Assembly: GCA_033762275.1 (NCBI GenBank) | Contig: JANRLU010000092.1 | Location: 32,479-96,478 of the forward strand | Direction: 5' to 3' | Length of the DNA: 64,000 nucleotides | Origin: Thermonemataceae bacterium | GTDB lineage: Bacteria; Bacteroidota; Bacteroidia; Cytophagales; Thermonemataceae | Shown: one piece after another, positions 36,715 to 46,486 of the stretch | Numbering within the stretch: position 1 is the stretch's first letter | Layout: every line of letters begins with the position of its first letter | The notes under the pieces: model-generated | What the model saw: only the letters and a program-made list of their open reading frames with translations | Told to the model about the DNA's origin: nothing | Database searches by the model: none | Position numbers and translations under genes: made by a program

Positions 36715-37080
36715 ATGCAAAAAGTTATTTTATTATCCGTTCTATTGGTTTTTACCAATCTTAATTTTTCCACATTTAACAAAGAAGTAGAAATAGGTAA
36801 AACTCGTCAAAATGAAGATTTAGAGTTAATTATTGAGCAAATAAAGAATAGAGCAAGCCTTAAAAATGCCTTGTTGGATTCTGAGAATATGCTTCGCATT
36901 CCCACACCAAATGGTGGAGAAAAAGTAATTTGGCAAGGAAGTTTTAGTTATTGCGGCGGGCAATGTGCCTCATCAGTGACTGTAACGGCCAATTTTATTT
37001 TTGGCATTCAGTTTAACACGCAAATCAGTGAAGATTATGTACCAAGTAATTGTCCTTGTGGAAGCCTTTTAAACAATTAG
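36715..37080 (+). CDS. small Cys-containing secreted protein, function unknown
   Basis: 121 aa with a signal peptide. Cys-containing motifs are CGGQC and NCPCG. Confidence 0.55.
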   Translation: MQKVILLSVLLVFTNLNFSTFNKEVEIGKTRQNEDLELIIEQIKNRASLKNALLDSENMLRIPTPNGGEKVIWQGSFSYCGGQCASSVTVTANFIFGIQFNTQISEDYVPSNCPCGSLLNN

Positions 37081-37084
37081 GCTT

Positions 37085-37978
37085 ATGCAAACTTATGCTG
37101 TTTCTTTCCTGTGCTTGCTTTTCGCAAGCACAGGTTTTGCCCAAATGAAAAAAGTAGAAGGCTTTATCTTTGAGGCTTCTACAAATAAACCCATCGAATA
37201 CGCCGAAATTACAATTCTCAATCGAATGGGAGGCGTTTATTCTGATGCAAAAGGTTATTTTAGCTTACAGCAAAATTTTAATCCAAGAGATACTTTAGTA
37301 ATCAGTGCTTTGGGTTATATCCAACAAAAAATAATACTTCAAGAAATTGAATTACCCTTAAAAATTTATTTAAAAGAAGAAATTATAGAAGAGATTAGTG
37401 TCAGAGGGAAACGTACAAAGATTGTAAAATATAAAGTTGGAGATTTAAGAAATACTAATGGAAGTTTTCTTAGTAATAAAATTAGATACTTTAATAGGAG
37501 TAAAATCACCTTCATTAACTACATTCCGAATATAAAAAATAAGAAGGGCTTTATAGAAAGCATTTATATTAAACTTCATAAAAAAAATAATCTTTTCCTA
37601 AAAGATGTTGCTACTGGGGCAAAAATATATTACAAATCTCCTAATCGCATAAAAATAAGAATTAGATGTTTAAGTGCCAACAAAGATTTAGAACCTGAAA
37701 AAGATTTATCAAAGCAGGAAATGATTTTTGAGATAACAAGTTTCAAAAACCAATGGATAGATATATCTAAATACAACATTCCATTTCCTGAAAACGGAGC
37801 TTTTGTAGGTATGGAAATTTTGGAAGTAATCGGAGAAGATGGAATGGGAAATGTTAGTATGCCTTACTTTGAAGTCAGAGAAAGTGATAAACCCGCCTAT
37901 ATATTTGGAGGAGGGAAGTGGTCACTACAAAAAAAACGGGCTACTTTTCTGGGAGCAGAGGTAAGTTTAGAAAAATAG
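37085..37978 (+). CDS. secreted protein with N-terminal CarboxypepD_reg-like domain
   Basis: Signal peptide followed by VEGFIFEASTNKPIEYAEITILN..GVYSDAKGYFSL, which is typical of the carboxypeptidase-regulatory-like fold. Confidence 0.6.
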   Translation: MQTYAVSFLCLLFASTGFAQMKKVEGFIFEASTNKPIEYAEITILNRMGGVYSDAKGYFSLQQNFNPRDTLVISALGYIQQKIILQEIELPLKIYLKEEIIEEISVRGKRTKIVKYKVGDLRNTNGSFLSNKIRYFNRSKITFINYIPNIKNKKGFIESIYIKLHKKNNLFLKDVATGAKIYYKSPNRIKIRIRCLSANKDLEPEKDLSKQEMIFEITSFKNQWIDISKYNIPFPENGAFVGMEILEVIGEDGMGNVSMPYFEVRESDKPAYIFGGGKWSLQKKRATFLGAEVSLEK

Positions 37979-38010
37979 CTATGAGGTAAGTTGTATATCC
38001 ACTTTTCTTT

Positions 38011-38049
38011 AAAAGCCCTTCAAGAGTTTGAAACTCTTGAAGGGCTTTT
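38011..38049. terminator. bidirectional rho-independent terminator
   Basis: AAAAGCCCTTCAAGAGTTT-gaa-AACTCTTGAAGGGCTTTT, a long perfect stem between convergent genes. Confidence 0.65.
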
Positions 38050-38076
38050 CGCTTGTATTTTCTGAACATCTCCAAG

Positions 38077-41000
38077 CTACATTTTCTCCATACTCACCTT
38101 CAATACAAAATCCTCCATATCCACTTCTTCAGCGTTGCCGTTGAGAGCAGCAAGCAACTCAAAAGAAAGGGCTTGTACTTCACCTGCGATATAATTTTTA
38201 TGCTTTTCTAAAGCTGTGTTTACCTCATCAGAGGCTTTTTGGATTTGCACTCTAATTTTATCAGCTACCTCTAAGTTTTTATCTTTTCTTAGGTTTTGCA
38301 AACGATTGACAAGCTCTCTGGCAATCCCCTCCTGCTTCAAATCCTCAGTGAGCGTAATATCCAATGCTACTGTAAGCCCTTTATCACTTGCCACAGACCA
38401 ACCCGCAATTTCTTTGGCTTCCACTACCACATCTTCCATAGTAAGCGTGATAAATCCATCAGAAATTTGAGCTTCAAAAAGCCCTTCTTTTTCCAATTTA
38501 TTGATGCTTTCTTGGCTAAATTGCTGAATAATAGCCGTAACTTCCTTCATTTTGGTTTTATAAATCTCACCTAAACGCTTAAAATTAGGTTTGATGCTTT
38601 TCACCAAAATTCCAGAGGTGTCATCAATGTATTCAATCGCCTTTATATTTACTTCAGCTTTGATAAGTTCCTGAACAGTAGCTACTTGCTCTTTACTTTT
38701 TGCATTCAAAACAGGAATGAGTATTCTGCTTAAAGGCTGACGAACTTTTAGTTTTTCTTTTTTACGCAAGGCGTGTGTAAGCGAACAAATATTCTGAGCT
38801 AAGTCCATTTTTTGCTCTAAATCCTTGTCTATGAGGTTCTCATCTGCTTTTTGCCAGTTGGTCAGGTGTACCGAAATTTCTTCACCCTCAGAACCAACTA
38901 AGTTTTTGTACAAAAAGTCTGCATAAAATGGAGCGATTGGCGACATCATTTGAGCCACCACTTTCAAACACTCAAACAATGTTTCGTAAGCAGCCTGCTT
39001 GTCTGTATTCATTTCCCCTACCCAGAAACGTTTACGAGAAAGTCTCACGTACCAATTTGAAAGATGCTCAGTTACAAAATCACTAATGGTACGAGCAGCT
39101 TTAGTAGGCTCGTATTCGTTGAACGCCTTTTCCACTTCCAAAATAGTAGTCTGGAGTTTAGAAAGTACCCAACGGTCAAGCTCTGTAAATGCTTGATTTT
39201 TCAAACCAGTAGGCTTGAATTTATCCAAATTAGCATACAAAGCGAAGAAATTGTAGGTATTATGAAGCGTTCCAAAAAACTTATTTCTTACTTCTACAAT
39301 ACCCTCCAAATCAAATTTCAGGTTATCCCAAGGATTGGCATTCTCTATCATATACCAACGTGTGGTATCTGCTCCGTATTTTTCCATTGTCTCAAAAGGA
39401 TTGACTACATTTCCTTTTGATTTAGACATTTTCTCACCATTTTTATCCAATACAAGCCCCGTAGAAACTACGTTTTTGAAGGCTACGCTATCAAAAAGCA
39501 TTACTGCAAGGGCGTGGAGCGTGAAGAACCAGCCTCTGGTTTGGTCAACGCCCTCTGAGATGAAATCGGCAGGATAAGAATTTTTATAAATACCTTGATT
39601 TTCAAAAGGATAATGCCATTGTGCATAAGGCATAGCTCCACTATCAAACCAAACGTCTATCAGGTCTGTTTCACGGGTCATTTTTTCGCCACTATCTGAG
39701 ACGAGTATCACATTATCTACATAAGGTCTGTGTAAATCAGGAAGTTCTGTGGGTTGGTTTAAGCCTAATACCTGATTAGCTTTTTCTATTTCAGTTTTGA
39801 GTTCGGTAAGCGAGCCAATACATTTTTCAGCATCACCGTTTTCTGTTCTCCAGATAGGCAGAGGTGTACCCCAATAACGTGAACGGGATAAGTTCCAATC
39901 TACGAGGTTCTCCAGCCAGCTTCCAAAACGCCCCGAACCTGTACTTTCTGGTTTCCAGTTAATCGTTTTATTGAGTTCTACCATTCTATCTTTGAGGGCA
40001 GTAGTCTTGATAAACCAGCTATCCAAAGGATAGTACAAAACAGGCTTACTTGTACGCCAGCAGTGTGGATAACTGTGAAGATATTTTTCAACTTTAAATG
40101 CTTTATTTTCTTCTTTTAAGATGATAGAAATTAGAACATCTGTGGATTTATAATTTTCTTGGGTTTCGTCTTCAGAAAGATAATTTTTTACATAGAAATC
40201 ATTTTCTCCGTAGGTTTTATGGGTTTTTATGCTAAAGCTTTTTACACTTTCAGCCAGACGGCTACCCACTTCTTTTACAAATTTACCTTTTTTATCTACC
40301 AAAGGTGTTTCCTTTCCGTTTTCATCAAGTACCATCACAGAAGGTACATTGTTTTGCTTACACACTCTAAAGTCATCAGCACCAAACACGGACGCTGTAT
40401 GTACAATACCTGTACCATCTTCGGTGGTTACAAAATCACCTGCAATAACTCTAAAAGCATTTTTTTCTAGATCTTCGTTGGTTATATAAGGCATGAGTTG
40501 CTCATAACGAATATCTAAAAGGTCTTTTCCTTTAAATTCACCTACAAGTTTAAAAGGAATGGGTCTTTTTTGTACTAAACCATCTTCCAATTCTTGTTTC
40601 AAGTAAGATTTAAACTCCAATGCAGTTATATCAGTTCTTGCTTCATCCAGCCATGAAACTATTTTTCTTTGATATGGAGAAGGATATGGGTCATGTGTCT
40701 TATAATTTAAATCGGAGTATAATGATATATTAAGAATACTATGGTTTAATGCTATACTCTTCGCTAATATTATAGAAACGGGGGTATATGTATATTGGTT
40801 AAAGGTTCTAATTTTTACATAGTCAATATTTTCACCTACAGCCAAAGCACAGTTCGAGGGAAGCGTCCAAGGAGTAGTTGTCCAAGCCAAGATACGTACA
40901 TCCTCATCCTCATTATCAAATAAAAAAGCTGATTTTTCGGAGCGTTTTACCTTAAATTGTGCGACAATAGAAGTGTCAGACACATCTTGATAAGTGCCAG

Positions 41001-41586
41001 GGTAATTGAGTTCGTGCGAGCTCAGACCTGTACCCGCAGCAGGCGAATAAGGTTGTACAGTATAGCCTTTATATAATAAATCTTTTTTGTAGAGTTCTTT
41101 GAGTAAAAACCACAAACTTTCGATATAAGTGTTTTCGTAAGTGATGTATGGATTCTGTAAATCGACCCAGTAACCCATTTTTTCAGTCAGGTCATTCCAT
41201 TGGTCAGTGTACATCATCACGGTTTCTCTACACTTTTGGTTGTAGGTTTCTACTGAAATTTTCGTTCCAATATCGTCTTTGGTGATGCCTAGCATCTTTT
41301 CTACTTGCAACTCAACAGGCAAACCATGGGTGTCCCAGCCACCTTTTCTGTGTACTTGGAAGCCTTGAAGGGTTTTATATCTACAAAAAATATCTTTAAT
41401 TGTACGAGCCATTACGTGGTGAATACCAGGAGTCCCGTTTGCAGATGGGGGACCCTCGTAGAAGGTAAAGGTAGGTTTACCTTCCCGCTTTGTTACCGAT
41501 TGCTCAAACACTTGATTGTCTTTCCAAAACTTCAAGATTTGATTGGCTACTTCGGCGTAATGGAGATTTTTGTGTTCAGGATACAT
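38077..41586 (-). CDS. ileS: isoleucine--tRNA ligase (long, type 2)
   Basis: 1169 aa with the HIGH-type motif PSANGTPGIHHV, KMSKSKGN and a CP1 editing region. Confidence 0.95.
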   Translation of the reverse strand: MYPEHKNLHYAEVANQILKFWKDNQVFEQSVTKREGKPTFTFYEGPPSANGTPGIHHVMARTIKDIFCRYKTLQGFQVHRKGGWDTHGLPVELQVEKMLGITKDDIGTKISVETYNQKCRETVMMYTDQWNDLTEKMGYWVDLQNPYITYENTYIESLWFLLKELYKKDLLYKGYTVQPYSPAAGTGLSSHELNYPGTYQDVSDTSIVAQFKVKRSEKSAFLFDNEDEDVRILAWTTTPWTLPSNCALAVGENIDYVKIRTFNQYTYTPVSIILAKSIALNHSILNISLYSDLNYKTHDPYPSPYQRKIVSWLDEARTDITALEFKSYLKQELEDGLVQKRPIPFKLVGEFKGKDLLDIRYEQLMPYITNEDLEKNAFRVIAGDFVTTEDGTGIVHTASVFGADDFRVCKQNNVPSVMVLDENGKETPLVDKKGKFVKEVGSRLAESVKSFSIKTHKTYGENDFYVKNYLSEDETQENYKSTDVLISIILKEENKAFKVEKYLHSYPHCWRTSKPVLYYPLDSWFIKTTALKDRMVELNKTINWKPESTGSGRFGSWLENLVDWNLSRSRYWGTPLPIWRTENGDAEKCIGSLTELKTEIEKANQVLGLNQPTELPDLHRPYVDNVILVSDSGEKMTRETDLIDVWFDSGAMPYAQWHYPFENQGIYKNSYPADFISEGVDQTRGWFFTLHALAVMLFDSVAFKNVVSTGLVLDKNGEKMSKSKGNVVNPFETMEKYGADTTRWYMIENANPWDNLKFDLEGIVEVRNKFFGTLHNTYNFFALYANLDKFKPTGLKNQAFTELDRWVLSKLQTTILEVEKAFNEYEPTKAARTISDFVTEHLSNWYVRLSRKRFWVGEMNTDKQAAYETLFECLKVVAQMMSPIAPFYADFLYKNLVGSEGEEISVHLTNWQKADENLIDKDLEQKMDLAQNICSLTHALRKKEKLKVRQPLSRILIPVLNAKSKEQVATVQELIKAEVNIKAIEYIDDTSGILVKSIKPNFKRLGEIYKTKMKEVTAIIQQFSQESINKLEKEGLFEAQISDGFITLTMEDVVVEAKEIAGWSVASDKGLTVALDITLTEDLKQEGIARELVNRLQNLRKDKNLEVADKIRVQIQKASDEVNTALEKHKNYIAGEVQALSFELLAALNGNAEEVDMEDFVLKVSMEKM

Positions 41587-41771
41587 TTTTCAGAATTTTA
41601 TGTTATCAACGCTGATTTAGAGAAAGCAAAGGTAAGAAAAAAAACAAAGATTGAAAAGTATATATAAGGCTTATTAGCTACAAAGACAAAATTAGGTAGC
41701 AATTATGAAGCTATGGCTATCTTTTTTGTCATGCTAAAAATAGAACTTATTTTATTGAAATAAATTTTTCA

Positions 41772-41801
41772 TTGGCAGAGCAAAAAAAATGTGTATTTTT
41801 G
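41772..41801 (+). promoter_or_regulatory. TTG-N19-TAttTTTG promoter for the patatin gene
   Basis: TTG at 41772-41774, 19-nt spacer, TATTTTTG at 41794-41801. It lies 20 nt before the ATG at 41822. Confidence 0.4.
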
Positions 41802-41821
41802 AGTGTTTAAAAGGTAAATAA

Positions 41822-42838
41822 ATGGCTATTAAAACCTTAGATTTAGCCTTGCAAGGTGGTGGCTCGCATGGTGCTTTCACTTGGGGAGTTTTAGAGAGAC
41901 TTTTGGAAGATGAGAGAATAGAAATTGATGGCATTTCAGGAACAAGTGCTGGAGCGATGAACGCAACAGTATTTACTTATGGGATGATGCAAGGTGGCAG
42001 GCAAGGGGCTATAGACCTCTTGCGTAAATTTTGGAAAAGAATTGCTGACGAACAAAAATTCTCGCTCTTACAACCAAGTTTATTTGAAAAAACTTTTGGC
42101 GATGGTGGTAAATTGGATTACTCCCCAATGTACCAAATGCTTGATTTTTATACGCTAATGTTTTCTCCTTATCAATTCAACCCCTTGGATTACAACCCTT
42201 TAGAAAGCATCTTAGATTATCTCATTGATTTTGAAGAACTCAAAACCTACAAATCAAGCAAGCTTTTTGTATGTGCAACCAACGTACTTACAGGCAGAGC
42301 GAAGGTTTTTTCGGGTGAGGAAATAAGTTTGAAAGCTGTTATGGCTTCGGCTTGCTTGCCTTTCTTATTCAAAGCTGTGGAAATTGATAATGAGTTTTAT
42401 TGGGACGGTGGTTATATGGGTAATCCGCCTATTTTTCCGCTTATCAATGATACCAACACTTCCGATATTTTGCTCATTCAAATTAACCCTATCAATATCA
42501 AGGATTTACCACGTACTTCTGATGAAATTAGAGATAGAATAAATACCTTGAGCTTTAATACCAGTCTTATACACGAAATGAGGCGTGTAAATTTGATACA
42601 ACGTTTATTGCAATTAGGCTTAGATTTAGAAGGAAAGTCCCGAAAACTTAACATTCACCACATCAACAAAGAAGACTTAATGGCAGGCATGAGCGTTTCG
42701 AGTAAACTTAATTCGGATTGGAAATTTTTATTAAGACTACGCGACTATGGGCGTATGGCAGCAGAAGAATGGTTGGATAAAAACTATGAGAAAATAGGCG
42801 TAGAATCCACTTGTAATCTTAAAGAAACATTTTTATAA
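41822..42838 (+). CDS. patatin-like phospholipase
   Basis: Oxyanion motif GGGSHGAF, nucleophile elbow GTSAG, and catalytic DGG (WDGGY). Confidence 0.85.
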   Translation: MAIKTLDLALQGGGSHGAFTWGVLERLLEDERIEIDGISGTSAGAMNATVFTYGMMQGGRQGAIDLLRKFWKRIADEQKFSLLQPSLFEKTFGDGGKLDYSPMYQMLDFYTLMFSPYQFNPLDYNPLESILDYLIDFEELKTYKSSKLFVCATNVLTGRAKVFSGEEISLKAVMASACLPFLFKAVEIDNEFYWDGGYMGNPPIFPLINDTNTSDILLIQINPINIKDLPRTSDEIRDRINTLSFNTSLIHEMRRVNLIQRLLQLGLDLEGKSRKLNIHHINKEDLMAGMSVSSKLNSDWKFLLRLRDYGRMAAEEWLDKNYEKIGVESTCNLKETFL

Positions 42839-42859
42839 CAATAAAAAAATCAGAGATTT

Positions 42860-44170
42860 ATGAAAGTATCTATTGTTGGTGGTGGTTTGGCTGGCTCTTT
42901 GCTGGCTATTTATATGGCTCGCAGAAATTATGAAGTAGAAGTATTTGAGAAACGCTCTGATAGCCGCATAAAAGGTTATGAAGGAGGGCGTTCCATCAAT
43001 TTAGCCCTCTCCCACAGAGGTATCAGAGCCTTAGAAGAATTGGGCATTTTGGAAGAAATACAACCTTTAGTGGTGAAAATGTATGGCAGAATGATACACG
43101 ATTTGGCAGGTAATCAAGCTTTTTTCCCTTATGGGAAAGATAACTCCGAATACATCAACTCCATTTCACGGGGAGGGCTCAACGAAGCTCTCATCAATAT
43201 CGCTGAAAAATACCCTAATGTAAAATTTCACTTTGAAACTCCTTGTAAGGATATTGACTTACCCAATAGTACGCTCTATTTCAACGATTTTCAGAAAACA
43301 AGTGATTTAATTTTTGCAACTGATGGAGCGGGTTCTGTCATAAGACAAAAAATGCTTGCTCAACATTATACACAAGAAAACATTAGCCCTTTAGCTCACG
43401 GCTACAAGGAGTTGGAAATTCCTTCAGGGGAAAGTGGTAGTTTTTTAATAGATGAAAATAGCTTACATATTTGGGGAAGAGATTCCTTTATGCTTATCGC
43501 TTTACCCAACCTTGATGGTAGTTTTACGGTTACACTGTTTTTGCAAAATGAAGGTGAAGAGAGTTTTGCCACCTTGGATACATCTGAAAAAGTAATTGCT
43601 TTCTTCCAAAAGTATTTTCCTGATACCTTAGCCTTGATGCCCGATTTGGCAAAGGACTTTTTTAGTAATCCCGTAGGACTTTTGGCTACACTCAAAACTT
43701 ACCCTTGGGTAAGCCATAGAACGCTTCTTCTGGGAGATGCCGCCCACGCTGTCGTCCCTTTCTACGGACAAGGAATGAACGCCTCTTTTGAAGATTGTAT
43801 TATTTTCAATGATTTGATAGATGAATACCAAGAAAATTGGGATAAAATTTTAGAAGCATACCAAAACATACGCAAAAAAGATACTGACGCTATTGCCGAT
43901 TTGGCTGTAGAGAACTTTTATGAAATGCGTGATAGAGTAAATGATGAGATATTTCAAAAGATGAGAAAGTTAGAGTATAATTTGGAAAACACTTTCCCTG
44001 ATTATCATTCCAAATACTCTATGGTAACTTTTCACCCCGAAATCCCTTATTCGGTGGCTAAGGCAAAAGGAAATGCTCAAAATAAAGTGCTGGAAGATAT
44101 CTGCTTAGCTCATTCATTAGATAATCTGGATATCAACTGGGTGTACCAACAACTCCATACCACAAAATAA
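42860..44170 (+). CDS. kmo: kynurenine 3-monooxygenase (FAD-dependent)
   Basis: GxGxxG motif (IVGGGLAGS) and GDAAHAVVPFYGQGMN, characteristic of KMO. Confidence 0.8.
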   Translation: MKVSIVGGGLAGSLLAIYMARRNYEVEVFEKRSDSRIKGYEGGRSINLALSHRGIRALEELGILEEIQPLVVKMYGRMIHDLAGNQAFFPYGKDNSEYINSISRGGLNEALINIAEKYPNVKFHFETPCKDIDLPNSTLYFNDFQKTSDLIFATDGAGSVIRQKMLAQHYTQENISPLAHGYKELEIPSGESGSFLIDENSLHIWGRDSFMLIALPNLDGSFTVTLFLQNEGEESFATLDTSEKVIAFFQKYFPDTLALMPDLAKDFFSNPVGLLATLKTYPWVSHRTLLLGDAAHAVVPFYGQGMNASFEDCIIFNDLIDEYQENWDKILEAYQNIRKKDTDAIADLAVENFYEMRDRVNDEIFQKMRKLEYNLENTFPDYHSKYSMVTFHPEIPYSVAKAKGNAQNKVLEDICLAHSLDNLDINWVYQQLHTTK

Positions 44171-44176
44171 TATCTT

Positions 44177-44677
44177 ATGAGTAAAATTTACGCTCAAGAG
44201 CTACAAGAATTGCAAAAAGCTAAAGAAATAATTGAGCAAAACTATAAGGATATTTCAGAAGAGAAGTTGAAAGAAGCTTATCAACACCTCACAGATAATT
44301 TTGAAGAAGCCATAGGGCAGCTCAAACTTATTACGAATGTGAGTGATAAAGTACAGAAAAGATTAGATAAGCTCAATAACTCCTTAGACCAAAAAAATCA
44401 GGAGTTGGAACGAACCGTACAAGAACTCAGCGAAGCGAAAGCAGGTAAAATTGCCACTACGATTGTGATGTTCTTGGCGGCTTTACTTTTTGTGGTAGAG
44501 GAAATTGTATTGGAGCCAATTATCTATAATTTTGTAACAGCCAACCAATGGTATAGTTTAGGCATCAAATTAGTCTTGGTTTTGCTCCTCAAGCCCTTAG
44601 AGATTGTATTAGAAAATATAATTTTGAAGTATCTCTATCAAAAAAGACAAAAAACTACGACAACAACTCTCGGATAA
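44177..44677 (+). CDS. coiled-coil protein with C-terminal TM helices, function unknown
   Basis: 166 aa with a heptad-rich N-terminal half and two hydrophobic helices in the C-terminal half. Confidence 0.6.
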   Translation: MSKIYAQELQELQKAKEIIEQNYKDISEEKLKEAYQHLTDNFEEAIGQLKLITNVSDKVQKRLDKLNNSLDQKNQELERTVQELSEAKAGKIATTIVMFLAALLFVVEEIVLEPIIYNFVTANQWYSLGIKLVLVLLLKPLEIVLENIILKYLYQKRQKTTTTTLG

Positions 44678-45140
44678 GTTCTATACTTATATCCATTTCA
44701 TAGCCTTTGGTACTTACGTACTGCAAAAGTTTTTGCTTACGTTTGAGCAAATTAGCGTCTTTGATTTGTTTGTTCTTTTTTTCCAATAAAATTCTGAGTG
44801 TTTCTTCATAAGCCTCGTCAGGTATTTCGGCAAGGGCTTGGCGAAGGCAATACTCAGATAGATGATGTTGCCTGAGAGCTTGTTTTATTTTTATTTTCCC
44901 CCACTTTTTTAGCCTAAACTTTGAGCTTGCAAAGGTTTTAGCAAAGCGTTCTTCATTGATAAAGTTCTGCCCTATAAGTTCTGCAATCACAAATTCCACC
45001 GCTTCCTCATCCAAGCTATACTCTTTGTACATCTTTTGGCGTACTTCTTCTTGGCTTCTCTCTTGGTAAGCACAAAAAGCCGCCATTTTTTTGATAGCTT
45101 CTTTTACCGAAATGGCTTTCAAACTCTTTTTAAACTCCAT
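44655..45140 (-). CDS. recX: RecA regulator RecX
   Basis: 161 aa with the three-repeat helical pattern typical of RecX (CAYQERSQEEV.., FINEERFAKTF.., ALRQ..). Confidence 0.75.
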   Translation of the reverse strand: MEFKKSLKAISVKEAIKKMAAFCAYQERSQEEVRQKMYKEYSLDEEAVEFVIAELIGQNFINEERFAKTFASSKFRLKKWGKIKIKQALRQHHLSEYCLRQALAEIPDEAYEETLRILLEKKNKQIKDANLLKRKQKLLQYVSTKGYEMDISIELIRELLS

Positions 45141-45141
45141 T

Positions 45142-46407
45142 TTAAGCCAAATAATGATAATCCCCGTAAAATGTAGCCAGCAACTTTACCTCAAGTTGTT
45201 CGCCTAAGAAAGGCGAGTTAGCGGATTTTGAGAAATTATGTTGGCTATCAAAAGTCCATTGTTGCTCCAAATCCCACACTACTAAGTCTATAGGTTCTTT
45301 TTCAGCAATACGCACCAAAGGCAGCCCCAAAATTTGGCGAGGATTATTTCCTAAAGCTTCCAAGAGATTTTCCAGATAATCAGCACTTGGTTTGTGGGTA
45401 AAAACTCCTGGGAAGGCTGTTTGGAGAGATATCGCCCCAAAAGCCGCCAAATCAAACTCAACTTCTTTATTTTCAGTATCTTGTGGCTGGTGGTCTGATG
45501 TGATGGCATCTACCGTTCCGTCTAAAATACCTTCCCAAAGGGCTAACCTATCTTTATCATTTCTGAAAGGAGGATTAACTTTGAAATTGGTATCAAAATT
45601 TACCAAATCTTGTTCTGTAAAGCATAATTGTAAAGCCGAAACATCACAAGTAACCGCTAAACCTTCTTGCTTTGCCTTACGAATAAGCCCCACTGCTTCG
45701 GCAGAAGAAACACAAGAAAAATGTATTTTCCCGCCTGTATAACGCAAAATTTCCAAATCTCTTTGTATAGTAATTGTTTCGGCTATCGTAGGAATGCCTT
45801 TTAGCCCAAGTAATGTAGAAACTTCCCCCTCATGCATTTGTCCAAAACGGCTTAGTATTCTATTTTCAGGCTTTTGTATAAGCAAAGCCTTTATTTTTTG
45901 TAAATATAGAAGACTTTTTAGCAAAATATCTTCATTATAGATAGGCTCTAAACCATCAGAAAAAGCCACAGCCCCAGCCTGGTGCAAATTTAACATCTCG
46001 CTAAGTGTTTCGCCTTTGGCTTTACTGCTAACTGCGGCTATGGGGTGTATTTGTACCAAATTTTCCTTATTTCCTCTCATCATATAACTGACACTATCTT
46101 TTGTATCTAAAATAGGCTGCATATTTGGTAGTACACAGAGTTGGGTAAAGCCTCCTGCCATAGCAGCTTTTCGAGCAGTTTCAAGGGTTTCTTTGTGCTC
46201 AAAGCCCAAATCAGGAATATGACAACGCATATCCAAAAAGCCTACGGCGGCTACTAAGTTTTTACCACTTACCACAACCGCCAAATCTTTTATTTCATCT
46301 GCTATTGCTATAATCTTGTTATTTTCTATTAAAATATCTTTCTTTTGTAGATGATACGGACTAATATGATTGATAATGAAAGCCGATTTGATAAGTATTT
46401 TTTCCAT
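45142..46407 (-). CDS. dihydroorotase-like amidohydrolase lacking part of the metal-ligand set
   Basis: 421 aa with class I DHOase-like architecture (GFTQLCVLPN, ITSDHQP). The D-x-H-x-H motif reads D-M-R-C-H, and the CHVS His reads SCVS. Confidence 0.75.
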   Translation of the reverse strand: MEKILIKSAFIINHISPYHLQKKDILIENNKIIAIADEIKDLAVVVSGKNLVAAVGFLDMRCHIPDLGFEHKETLETARKAAMAGGFTQLCVLPNMQPILDTKDSVSYMMRGNKENLVQIHPIAAVSSKAKGETLSEMLNLHQAGAVAFSDGLEPIYNEDILLKSLLYLQKIKALLIQKPENRILSRFGQMHEGEVSTLLGLKGIPTIAETITIQRDLEILRYTGGKIHFSCVSSAEAVGLIRKAKQEGLAVTCDVSALQLCFTEQDLVNFDTNFKVNPPFRNDKDRLALWEGILDGTVDAITSDHQPQDTENKEVEFDLAAFGAISLQTAFPGVFTHKPSADYLENLLEALGNNPRQILGLPLVRIAEKEPIDLVVWDLEQQWTFDSQHNFSKSANSPFLGEQLEVKLLATFYGDYHYLA

Positions 46408-46486
46408 AACAGAAGAAAAATTTGACTGAAAGCGTAGGCAAATTTAATACTTATTTTGAAAAAATCGGCTTTTATCACAAAACATA

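Noticed and set aside
36572-36790. 72-aa ORF translating FFVFLFFCFFVFLFFC
   Set aside because: It is an artefact of reading through the (T7G)x6 microsatellite and is not a plausible protein.
38077-41586. Possible insertion in ileS (1169 aa seemed long)
   Set aside because: Long type 2 IleRS proteins of about this size are normal in Bacteroidota as far as I recall. I cannot align it without tools, so I make no claim.
41822-42838. Patatin gene considered as the effector of a CBASS-like or other defence system
   Set aside because: No cyclase, sensor, or other defence-associated partner is nearby. The neighbours are kmo and ileS, so it is treated as an ordinary lipase.
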